Positions 23,593 through 33,244 of a stretch of 33,244 nucleotides of DNA are shown here, one piece after another. Source of the DNA: Nemertoderma westbladi (taxonomy: Eukaryota; Animalia; Xenacoelomorpha). The notes beneath the pieces were generated by a model that did no database searches, was not told the DNA's origin, and saw only the letters and a program-made list of their open reading frames with translations. Positions within the stretch are counted from its first letter, which is position 1. The number at the start of each line of letters is the position of its first letter. Both the position numbers and the translations under genes were made by a program. The stretch lies in assembly GCA_032718475.1 (NCBI GenBank), contig JAUCBJ010008840.1, positions 1 through 33,244 of the forward strand. The letters run 5' to 3'.

Positions 23593-24837
23593 TCAAATGA
23601 AGGAGGCAACCTGGCTCCTACGGTCCTCAAAAGGGCGAATACGGCAGAATTCTGGCCAAAGGTCACCGTCTAGCAGTAGCTTAGACTGCGAGCTCTGACA
23701 CATAATAATGAATGACTTGTATGAAGCATCGGATTTACCAATAGGGTAACAGCGAATTATTAACTGAAGACTGTCTGATACATATTTAGTTATCACTTTC
23801 TTAGAGACACTCACAGCACATCCCGTGAGGAAAAGCTTCTCCAGTGGTTCTACGGTGTCAAAGGCCTTACTCTTAGACCTTCCCGCAACGAACGTAGGTT
23901 TGGATTGACGTACACGTGGTATATACTTTTGCCCCGAACCCCGATTTGTTGATTTCATTGCCCCAGCATATGAAGTTGGGGAGTGTGGCCGTCCGTTCTT
24001 CCCCACTACGGTGTATGGAGTATCATTATTAACAGGACTATTAACGTCGCTAACAGCTACCGGTAGACTCACTTGCTGAGGCCCTTCACCATCGCGTTCA
24101 TCTGAACTTGAATCCGAGGCAATATCGATGACCATGTTACCAAGTGCGGAGTAACGACTCCCGGCTGAACCCGGACCAGTACCATCGGAAATGGCATCGA
24201 ATAGTGTCGGATCAGAATTCGTATTGTTGTCTTTGCTCTTCTTACCTTTTTTACGTTTCTTCAGACCAGTTATTTGCGGCTGGTCTGCGTTCGCAGCTAC
24301 TTCGGATGGTAGTTTGGTAGGCGCGCTACAGGTACCGGTACCGCCTCGCGACTCCAGCACTGCAATACGGTCTTGTAATGAGCTCACCATATTCAATAAA
24401 AACAACATATCCGACCCAGTCGAGGAGAAAGGTGGAATCGTGGTCAAGTCCACTGGAACGAACACCGGTGTCGGGCTCAGGTCTCTGAACCCGCTGTACT
24501 CGAACATATCGATGATATCGGAGATTACGTTACAACGCATATTTTCACCAGCGTGTCGAAGTTTCGCAAAGTCCTGTTTCCGAATAGTACGGTTGGGCGC
24601 TGCGCTACTTGACTCAAGAAGGGACAGCAGACTAGCCTTCCCATCTTTTAACGTTTTGTCCATAAAACATGGCCATGGCCCGACAGTTGCAATGATCGAG
24701 TTTTGGTGTAATCCACGCTCGTGTGCTGACCACACATACGCGAGCACATCGTCACTCAGATGCTTGCACGATGGGGAAGGTGAGGGATCTTCGTCTGATC
24801 CCGAAATAATATCGGTCATCGTTGCTGCATCCACCAT
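23593..24837 (-). CDS. ORF1 nucleic-acid-binding protein of the RTEX-type element
   Basis: 414 aa. ISDIIDMF...PVFVPVDLTTIPP motif, short coiled coil, basic patch, C-terminal RRM-like YKSF...WP...IRPF. Confidence 0.85.
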   Translation of the reverse strand: MVDAATMTDIISGSDEDPSPSPSCKHLSDDVLAYVWSAHERGLHQNSIIATVGPWPCFMDKTLKDGKASLLSLLESSSAAPNRTIRKQDFAKLRHAGENMRCNVISDIIDMFEYSGFRDLSPTPVFVPVDLTTIPPFSSTGSDMLFLLNMVSSLQDRIAVLESRGGTGTCSAPTKLPSEVAANADQPQITGLKKRKKGKKSKDNNTNSDPTLFDAISDGTGPGSAGSRYSALGNMVIDIASDSSSDERDGEGPQQVSLPVAVSDVNSPVNNDTPYTVVGKNGRPHSPTSYAGAMKSTNRGSGQKYIPRVRQSKPTFVAGRSKSKAFDTVEPLEKLFLTGCAVSVSKKVITKYVSDSLQLIIRCYPIGKSDASYKSFIIMCQSSQSKLLLDGDLWPEFCRIRPFEDRRSQVASFI

Positions 24838-25080
24838 CGTATCCGTTTCCGTGACGGCGGATAGCGGTAGGTACCGAGATGCGAACAGTAGAGGTACAGA
24901 AGTATAGTAATAATAATTGAAGGTACAGCGTAGCGCGGTGCCAAATTGAGTTCAGGTTAAAACAGTAGTATATTCAATCAAAAGCACGGTACAGCAGTAT
25001 TACTGTATTAGACCGCAGCAGTACAGCAGTACAGCAGTATATGTTTATATCATATATCGTATTTTCAATTAACCAGGTTA

Positions 25081-25195
25081 ACCAATTAATTTTGGTTACT
25101 CGAACGTAGCTTTCTAGGAGGATTGTAGCGCACTAGCAAGTCACTCAAGTAATCATGAGCGAGTCCATTTAGGCTTTCGATGCGTCGTAATATCG
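25081..25195 (-). mobile_element. L2 LINE 3' fragment, proximal part
   Basis: Translates SLNGLAHDYLSDLLVRYNPPRKLRSSNQN*LV, which runs directly into NPRYNL at 20478. Confidence 0.85.
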
Positions 25196-25200
25196 GTCAT

Positions 25201-27385
25201 CTGCAAAAAGCGTGGTGACCATGGTGGTGATATTTGGTAAATCATTTATGTAGATCAAAAACAGTAGCGGTTCAAGTAAGCTTCCTTGCGGAACACATGT
25301 TGTTATAGTTAAAACGGGAGATGACATCCCGATTACCACATACTGCGTGCGATTAGATAAGTAATCCCTGCGTAATTCCAATGGTTTGCCCCTAATGCCA
25401 AAAAATGCCATCTTTTTTATTAATATTGCGTGGTCAATGGTGTCGAAGGCCTTGCGTATATCCATGTATATAGCACAAGCATAGTCCCCCATATCAATAT
25501 TATCCAGAATTTGCTCAGTTACAGACAAGATAGCCTGAAAAGTGCTCCTATTTTTTCTATAGCCAAATTGCTGCTTACATCCCCACGGAATTTAATTGCT
25601 TTCCATGACACGTTTATTAAATTCGATAGGTGCTGAGATAATATTTTTGATCCAAATTTTACTAGTCGAATTGGGAAAGAGTCATTAGTTGAGCTATTTT
25701 CATTTAAATGTAGGATATGGTATTCTACTTCAATAGTCGTAGTTTCAAGCAGTGCGAATTAACTACTTGGTGAATTAAATCTCTTATTAATTTGATGGGA
25801 CATTTGGATACACTAGGTAACTGGGAAGCATGTTTGGACCCAATATTCACAAAAAAAGTTATTGAATGTGGCTGAAATCAGGGTGGGGTTATCTGTTAAT
25901 ACTGCTCCCTTTTCCTGAGTGACATTTAACTTTTTTGGAGCACCACACGATTTATTTTTTGATATTGCAGAATTTATAATACGCCATGTACGACGCATAT
26001 TGCTACCACATTGAGCAAAACAGTTGTTGTAATAGCGTCGTTCTGCTAAACGGAGCAAATTCGTTAAAGTAGGGCGATATTTTCGATATTCAACATGATG
26101 GACTGGATTTTTACTCTAATATAAAATTTATTTTTAATTTCAATAGACTTTGCCAATCCGTTTGTTATCCAAGGTTTTTCGTACAGGTTTTGCTTTAATA
26201 GAAAATTATATTAGTTTTGCGTGTTGCTCACAGATTTGTTTAAAGTTTTTATAAAAGATTTCATATTTTGCGTTTTGTGGTTCAGTGGAATCATTATAAC
26301 TCCAATTACTAGGATTGCCAAGGTCATGTAAGAAATTAAATTCATTGAAATGTCCATACTCTTTAAATATACCAAATGTAGGAAGGTGGTCTGTTGTACC
26401 GACTTCCGTAAGGTATACACCACTCTCCACGACACGATCGTTGATATTAGTAATAATATGGTCTAATAGCGTTTTAGAATTTTTGAAGATTCTTGTTGCA
26501 CTTTTAATGTGTTGTCTATTCCCGCTGCTTTTTATTATATTACTGTATCTTTTAGCCTGCTCGTTATTTGAGAGTTAATTAGTATTAATATCACCACATA
26601 TTATTACGTCATATTTGTTGTTGTTTAATTTATGTAAAAGAGGATCTAGAGCCTCGACAAAATCGTTGTAGTTGGATGACCCAGGGCGATAAATGCAGCT
26701 AACAATCAGGGAATGGTTGGGTTTATGTTTGTCTGGAATTTCCACCCATGTGTTTTCAATCCCTTTTATGTTTAATTTAAGGTCGGGTCTTTCAATTGCT
26801 GCTATGCCCTGTTTAATATTGCTGCCCCCCCCCCCCCCCCCCCACCCCCCCCCCCCCTCCTCTGCCGGACGTGCTATCCTTTTTAAAATCAACAACTGGT
26901 GGGTCGTAGCCATCGATACCTAAATTATTCATACTATTGTCGTTTTTTTAGGAAAGGTTCGGCAAAAGCAAGAAAACTGAACGCCAAGTTCAAACCAGAT
27001 ATAATTTCATTGAGGCTGGAAAAATTTTTAAACAGGCTGCGACAGTTGATTTGAAACAGTGAAATATCAGACGGTGAGCATTTTGATTCCGTTGCCAAAT
27101 TTTTTTTAAAAGATTGTATATCAAAATAGCCCCGCTAATGGAGGGATCCAATAAATTTGTATTGGGATCAATATCTGAAAAAATTGGATTGTCAAAGTTT
27201 TCAAAGAACTCAGAGGTATCTGTATCATGGTCGAAAATGTCTGTGTCTGAGTCAGGCGCATCGCTATATGGAAATAGTTCTCTGGAATAGCAAATACACC
27301 AAAAACTTTTATAAAGTGAATTATTCTTTAAATCAAGAAACTCCTTAAAATTTAAAAAAGTACCGCATTGCACATGAAAATGGTT
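25201..27385 (-). mobile_element. degenerate CR1-group LINE (Crack/L2-like): PHD remnant, endonuclease, RT to FADD
   Basis: HVQC...WC..LFPYS, CIYRP, CGDIN, TDHLP, DIRKAFDTIDH, VPQGSLL, LFADD. Frameshifted. Confidence 0.85.
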
Positions 27386-27742
27386 ATTTTATTAGGTTAA
27401 CTGGTGCTTTAACTAATTTTCCTGTACTTGGGTTTTGGGCCAAATTGAACCAGGATACCCCGTCATAATAACCACAGGCAGCACGGGAAGTGCAAAGGGG
27501 AGATGACAGATTACAGTTACTAAGTTACAATTTATTGTACCGGTAGTCATCTAGTCTAACCCGGTTAGTACTGTACTAAACATTTCGTGGGAGGCGTGTA
27601 CATAGATATATTTGGTATCAGCGCTCATCGTTTTGGCTCTCGTTTTTCACATCATCTTTATATTTTGACTTTTGTTAGGGGTGAGTAAGCTTATATACCA
27701 GCTACATGTGTCAGCTACAGCATTGTGCACAGTCCAGCAGTC

Positions 27743-29711
27743 TACTACTACTATAGGATCGGCATGCTGCATTGCAGCTGCATTTTTAAGAATGCTGTGC
27801 CGGCTTATCGACAAAATTGCACCACCACAACTCCCTATCACCCATGACATTTGCTAGATCATCCGCATCTTCAAGGCCAGTGTCCTTTAAGATGCGTCTC
27901 AAGAAAGTCATGGGCTGTCCACCATGCTTATTCACTCCATGATGCTGCCAAAGTACAAGATTATGCACTGGCTGGTCCTCACGGCGAAAGCAATGTCCTG
28001 CAAAGCGGAGGCGATTTTGTTCTAGTGTCAAGCTTGGGGGAACCAATGAGACACCTCCAATGTTATATAGTGTCTGGTTGGAGATGTGTGCATTGTACTT
28101 GACACAATGAACCCGGCGTAGCATTCTTGTGAATGTGCCATCCAGAGATTTGGTGTCCTCAGCAGTTAGAGCCCAGCATGGACTCCCATAGAGGAGTACT
28201 GGAACTACTGCTGCTCTAAATAATCGGACCTTAAGTTTCCGATTAATTCTCGGTGACTTCCAAATCCTGGAAAGCCTATTCAAGGCTGCCCATGCCTTTC
28301 CCTTACGTATTCGAAGGTCCTCACCTGACTTCCGGATCCATGATCCCAGGTAACAGAAGTCATCCACATGCTCAAGCATACCATCTTTTGAGCTTATGCT
28401 CATCCGATCAGAGACTTGCTGAGGACTTTCAAAGTTAACTGTCAAAATTTTGGTCTTTCTGGAGTTAATAAAAAGACCAACACTAGAAGCAGCATGTTCT
28501 AATGAGCTGAGGAGCCGTTGGGCTCCCTCTAGTGATTCTGAGAGTACTCTAAGTCATCAGCAAAGTCTAGATCAGTTAGGTACTTGGCAGGATTTCCTCG
28601 ACTTCTGGAGCCAGTAGGTGGAGTTATCATCACCCCATCATCATTATGATGATCTAAGGACATGCGTAGAACATAGTCAACAACAATTATGAACAAGAAT
28701 GGTGCAAGTGTGTCTCCCTGGAGGACGCCCCATAACACTTCAAATGGTTCTGTGTCACCGTCAACAGTAGACACAAATGTTGTCGAACCATCGTATACTG
28801 ATCTGATTGCTGCAATAATTTCATCAGGAATCCCATATAATGAAAGTATGCTGAACATACGTGACCGAGAGACTGAATCAAAGGCCTTGAAGAAGTCAAC
28901 AAAGATAAAGCCAGATGCCTGTCTTTCTTTTTTGATAACTCTTCAATTATCCTTCTAAGTGCCAAAATGGGCTCCATGGTCCCACGACCTTTACGGAACC
29001 CATTCTGATTTCCACGGAGCAGTCTCTCAATGGGATCCCGGATGCGATTTAATAGAATTCTATTGTATGGCTTTGCAGCAATCGAGATCAATGAGATTCC
29101 CCGAAAAGACCCATAGAGTGTTAGGTTGCCCTTCTTGGGAACTGGCACCAACTTATTTGTTTTCATTTCTTGTGGGACTCTTGTTGTTCGGTACATGTCT
29201 ACTATGATGGGATAGATGAGCTTTAAACACTGAGGTATTTTAAAGACCTCAGGGGGAACACCATCTACTCCACTGGCACGATTGGTCTTAATGCTCTTTG
29301 CGGCATCCTTCACTTCTGCAAAGGAGATATCACCAATGGGAATATCTGGGAGTACAGACTCAGACACTTTTACTTCTATAAAGTTATCAGGCAATACCCT
29401 GTCATTATTGAGGAGCTTTTCAAAGTGGGCCTTCCAACCATTGAGGCGATCGGCTGGTGATTCAGCCTTAACCTTGGTGGTTGGTTGGCTTTTTCGACCA
29501 GCAAGCAAGTTGATCGATCTCCATGCCTGGGATGATTGCCTGCTGTCGTCAGCATCATTGATGGCATCAACCTGTTGGTTTATTAGCTCCTGTAAATTAA
29601 CAGAGTACTGCCTGTTCAGGGACCTAGATGCAGCCTTAACTGCATTCTTGGCCGCTGTAGTCTGTTTGAGTCGGGACTCTTTCTGCGCCTTGTAGAGGTC
29701 ATTTCGGTACT
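27743..29711 (-). mobile_element. RTE-clade LINE, 5'-truncated, frameshifted RT
   Basis: PKKG, QNGFR, GVLQGDTLAPFLF, DLDFADD, FCYLGS, LLYG. (TAG)n tail. TSD CAGTCCAGCA(G/C)TC at 27730-27742 and 29712-29724. Confidence 0.92.
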
Positions 29712-30831
29712 CAGTCCAGCACTCAATGTGTATTTTATTACAGAATACCGGCAAATTTATCACAACGAGATAACCAGGTTTAGTATTGCGTTATAATTTC
29801 CTTCCTTTACTACCGTCGACAGCGGTGCGGTGTATAGAAATATAGAGAATTTGTTATAGCGGGAAAATTTAGGATAAAATTGTGATTATTATTTGTTTGT
29901 TTACAAATTGTACTCGATACAACCCTTACCTATCGGCAGTTGAGTTTTGCAGTATATGTGGTGGATAAGGGGCCTTCACGCTAGTAAATTGTTTTAATAA
30001 AGTTGATAATATTAGCAGGGATTCCGCACCAACTGGAGTTTCCTTGTTAAGCTTTATATAGACCTGTTTATTGTTTTGGTTTCTTTCGGAACTGATGCGT
30101 ATTGCGATAATTTTGATACATATTCAACATTTATATATACATTCATGTAGTATAGTGATAACCTATCAGTTATCATCAGAAATCAGTTAATATAGATAAT
30201 ATCTCCACCACCGGTGCCGTACACAGTTAATATAATAAACACCATCTCCCTTATAATACAACAACTATTTTTAGCAAGTCAAGTCGACAATTATTTTATT
30301 ATTGTAATATATGTATTTAATTCTACAATATTAATTATTACTCGTAATGTAGAATCAAGATGGAGAGTTTTAATATATCAAAATATTCTATTATATTTTG
30401 ATAAAATCTTTGGTAATTTTTGTGAAATTAAAAACGGTTTTCAGATTCGTAATCTCCAGATGAAATGTTATCTGGATTAAAAATATGAAAATTGAAGCCA
30501 ACAGAAATGGTTAAAATAAATTTTTAAAATTTTTAACGACTTGTTTTATCGAAATAGCTCAGACATTGAAAAATCCGGCCAGGCCAGCAGTAAGAAAAGT
30601 TGTCGAACCAAATTTCCTAGCATATGATTAAAATTTGAAAAAAAAAATTTTTGGGGGTGGGGGTGTGCTACTACTAAAATTATCGTTGATGTGTTGAATG
30701 AAATTGTGAATAAATGAAATGTGAAAAAGTATTGTGATTTGATACTTGAAATTTAAGAATTGATATTCAGTGAGATAAAGCAATTCATTGTGTGGATGGA
30801 TAATATGGTAACTGTATCTACAACAGCTGTT

Positions 30832-31029
30832 TCATTTATTCTCGTAAACTTCTATTTCGGCGAAGTGGAGATAAGTGGTTGATAGAAATATTGCTGGATA
30901 TCTCCCTGTCTTGTCTTGGCAGTCGACATTGTAGATGTACTGATCTACAGTCAGCTGTTCGCAGAGGTCAGCGGTGTTGGAACCAAGGGTACCCATAAAT
31001 GGAGCGTCGTTTTGGTTCAGTACAAATAC
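30832..31029 (-). CDS. F-type lectin (fucolectin), terminal coding exon
   Basis: tttag acceptor, phase 0. VFVLNQ...DLCEQ...VDCQDKTGRYPAIF...LHFAEIEVYENK* matches the C...GRY...L..EVEV end of the domain. Confidence 0.8.
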   Translation of the reverse strand, partial: VFVLNQNDAPFMGTLGSNTADLCEQLTVDQYIYNVDCQDKTGRYPAIFLSTTYLHFAEIEVYENK

Positions 31030-31404
31030 CTAAATAATAATATAAATAAAGGGAACTTAATAAATACCATTAAGCGAGCCAGAAGATTTAACCAGTTCAA
31101 CCTTAACAGAATAAAGATACAAGACTGAAGATACTACCGTAGATATGGAGGATATCCTGATAATTAAAACTTAATTTATCGAAGTTCAAGAGCCCTCACA
31201 ATTTATAGTTGTGGACGAAAATGCAGCACCTTTGAAGTTGACAGCACAGATTTTAAGGGCAATATTCCTAAGACTTTTGATTCTTGGAAGTTGGAAGGAA
31301 GCTAATCCTTCCCCCATCTTGAATGAGGTGCCACGAAGTCGAAGTTGTCTAACAACCTTTGTGAGTTTGTAGAAACTGTTGGGATTCCTTCTCCAGTTTT
31401 AGGC

Positions 31405-32327
31405 GAAATATGGCAAATATTTGTGCTCGCACCTAATATCGTACCCATCACAAAAAAGTACAAGTCTGAGATGTCCAGTGCTGTAATTATTTATTCCATC
31501 GGATTCAGGACCCTCATAAACCCGTATAACGCAAGAAACAAGATGTTACTATTTATTTATCAATTTAATTATTTTCAAAAATTAGGTGCTGGCACAACAA
31601 TTTTCACCCATTGCCGAAAATAAAACTTTGAGAACTCTTATGCAATTTTTACTTATTATTCCATTGAATTCAGAACCCCCACAATCCCGTATAATTTCTA
31701 GCACCAAAATTTGGCACCCTAAAATGCGAGAAATAAGTTGTCACAATCAATTCAACTATTGAATGGATTTTCAAAATTTCGTGCTGGCACCAAATTTTGC
31801 ATACAGCACCGAAAAATGCAAATTTGATACGCCTGGTGCAACTCGTACTGTACATATTCCATCGAAACCAGAATCCCAAAAAACCTCTATTGCGCAAAAA
31901 ACAGGTTCAAACAATCAATATACAAAATTTACATATTTCGAAATTTGCTGCTGGCACCAAAATTTGGCAGCCGAAAAAAACAAGTTTGAAATTTCTAAAT
32001 TAATTTATATTAATTCAATCTAATTGCAAACACCAAATAACCGGTGTAAATCAAAAATAGAGATGTTACAAAGTATATTTCATGACATGTAATTTTCAAA
32101 AAACTTCTCAAAAAAGTGCAAAAGTAGGGTGAAAAAATGGTGCTATAACTCAAAAACTTCCCCATATAAACCGTTTCCACCATTAGGAAAGCAATAGATA
32201 GAAAAGTCATAAAATTTCAGATTCCCAACTGCGTTTGTTTCACAGTTATAACAAAAACACAACGGGGGGTGGGTGGGGGGGGGGGGGGGGGGGGGGTCAT
32301 ATTGACCACCGGGTTTAATAGGGTTAA
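31405..32327. mobile_element. non-autonomous piggyBac-like DNA transposon remnant in the lectin intron (one end seen)
   Basis: Ends ggtcatattgacc...GGG-TTAA (32321-32327). Internal repeats tattccat.ga.tcag at 31492, 31657 and 31855. No left TIR found. Confidence 0.5.
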
Positions 32328-32393
32328 ATAGTATTCGAAACGGATTGTCTTTTAATTTAATATTATGATTATAAAGTTTAGAATAATTTATAC

Positions 32394-32644
32394 CTTTGCT
32401 GACACAATCCTTTCAGTAGATACATCTTGTCTGTTATAGATGACAATTCGATCAATAGATACCGCAATACCAAGATCAATGTTGTACCAATTGGCGCCTA
32501 TTGCGTTAGAGTGAAAGCAGGACCATTCCTTGTTATAGTACCCATCCCGGGTACCGTCTACAGCGCGGGCAACGTAACCATAAGACGTGACGCTATCAGA
32601 GTACGTTGGTAAACCATGGGCAATGCTAAGCTTTTCGTAGTAGA
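32394..32644 (-). CDS. F-type lectin (fucolectin), core exon
   Basis: RAVDG Ca-binding motif and an exact H-X26-R-X-D-X4-R fucose motif. tatttag acceptor and AAG|gtataa donor (phase 0). Confidence 0.88.
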
Positions 32645-33244
32645 CTAAATATAAAAACAAAATGGTTGCAATTAAATGTATACCCTTATAATGTTTTGTA
32701 ATGTAATACATTATAGTAAAACTTCTCGAGGCCATCAAAATAAAAAGATTTGGAGCATATATAATACTATTTAGGAAGCTTAGAGGATCCTAAATTGAGG
32801 ATCTATCTACCTCTGTATCACACCACTATTAGCCATGGAATTCTAGAATCTTACTTATAATAATATCTATAATAATAATAATATCTAAAGGCAAATATAA
32901 AAAGTAGGCCTGGACTGGTATTTACAATTATTATACACTTTCCAGTCATGTTAGTTATAACTAAATATTCTAAAAGATCATGGGGGGTGGGGGGGGGGGG
33001 GGGGTGTGCAATACTATTTGTCTACAGTTAAAATAAATATTTTGTTTAATTATGCTCTTTATAAGATAATTCCTATAACTATATATATATAAAATACATA
33101 TATACATAACACATAAAATACATATATATATAACTATACTATTCCTATAAATGTGTAGTGTTACACATTCTGTTACTTGCAATGTTACATACTTCGTCGC
33201 GTTCACTGCTTCTAGTACAATGCACAGCAGACAGCACACAATCT

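Larger units (their letters stand above)
20480..25075 (-). mobile_element. apparently full-length RTEX-type non-LTR retrotransposon (~4.6 kb)
   Basis: Two intact ORFs, 3' end tatgggc...gcctgaaataaa-(TAT)n, TSD GGTTA at 20475-20479 and 25076-25080. Confidence 0.85.

Noticed and set aside
24191-24907. 238-aa plus-strand ORF
   Set aside because: Antisense shadow of RTEX ORF1 with no motif.
29930-30110. Possible minus-strand exon ending AG|gtaagg
   Set aside because: Short open frame with no recognisable motif or convincing acceptor.
30156-30179. CTGATGA next to a small hairpin on the minus strand
   Set aside because: Lacks the GAAA and stem III of a hammerhead.
33193-33244. Signal-peptide-like exon (IVCCLLCIVLEAVNAT) with a gtatgt donor as the lectin's first exon
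   Set aside because: Its donor is phase 2 while the 32644 acceptor needs phase 1. It cannot be joined without an unseen exon or alternative site, so it is not called.

Overview
AT-rich (invertebrate-like) metazoan genomic DNA that is almost entirely a nested retroelement graveyard, ending in two exons of a host F-type lectin (fucolectin) gene on the minus strand. From left to right: an orphan basic ORF, a fold-back Penelope-like element (GIY-YIG) with two copies of a variant minimal hammerhead ribozyme, a decayed gag-protease remnant, a tRNA-head SINE abutting a degenerate CR1 LINE, two related structured solo-LTR-like elements, an internally inverted Gypsy, the 5' half of a second LTR element with a long coiled-coil Gag-like ORF, a three-level LINE nest (Crack/L2-like host > L2 3' fragment > apparently intact RTEX-type LINE, each junction with a visible target-site duplication), a 5'-truncated RTE LINE with TSD, and a piggyBac-like end in the lectin intron. 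There are no prokaryotic systems or CRISPR arrays. I did not find a clearly new system. The most unusual signals are the A3-U8 covariant hammerheads, the pair of diverged elements with conserved hairpin order, and a strong minus-strand bias of the TE fragments. All family assignments come from motif recognition by eye, not from database searches.
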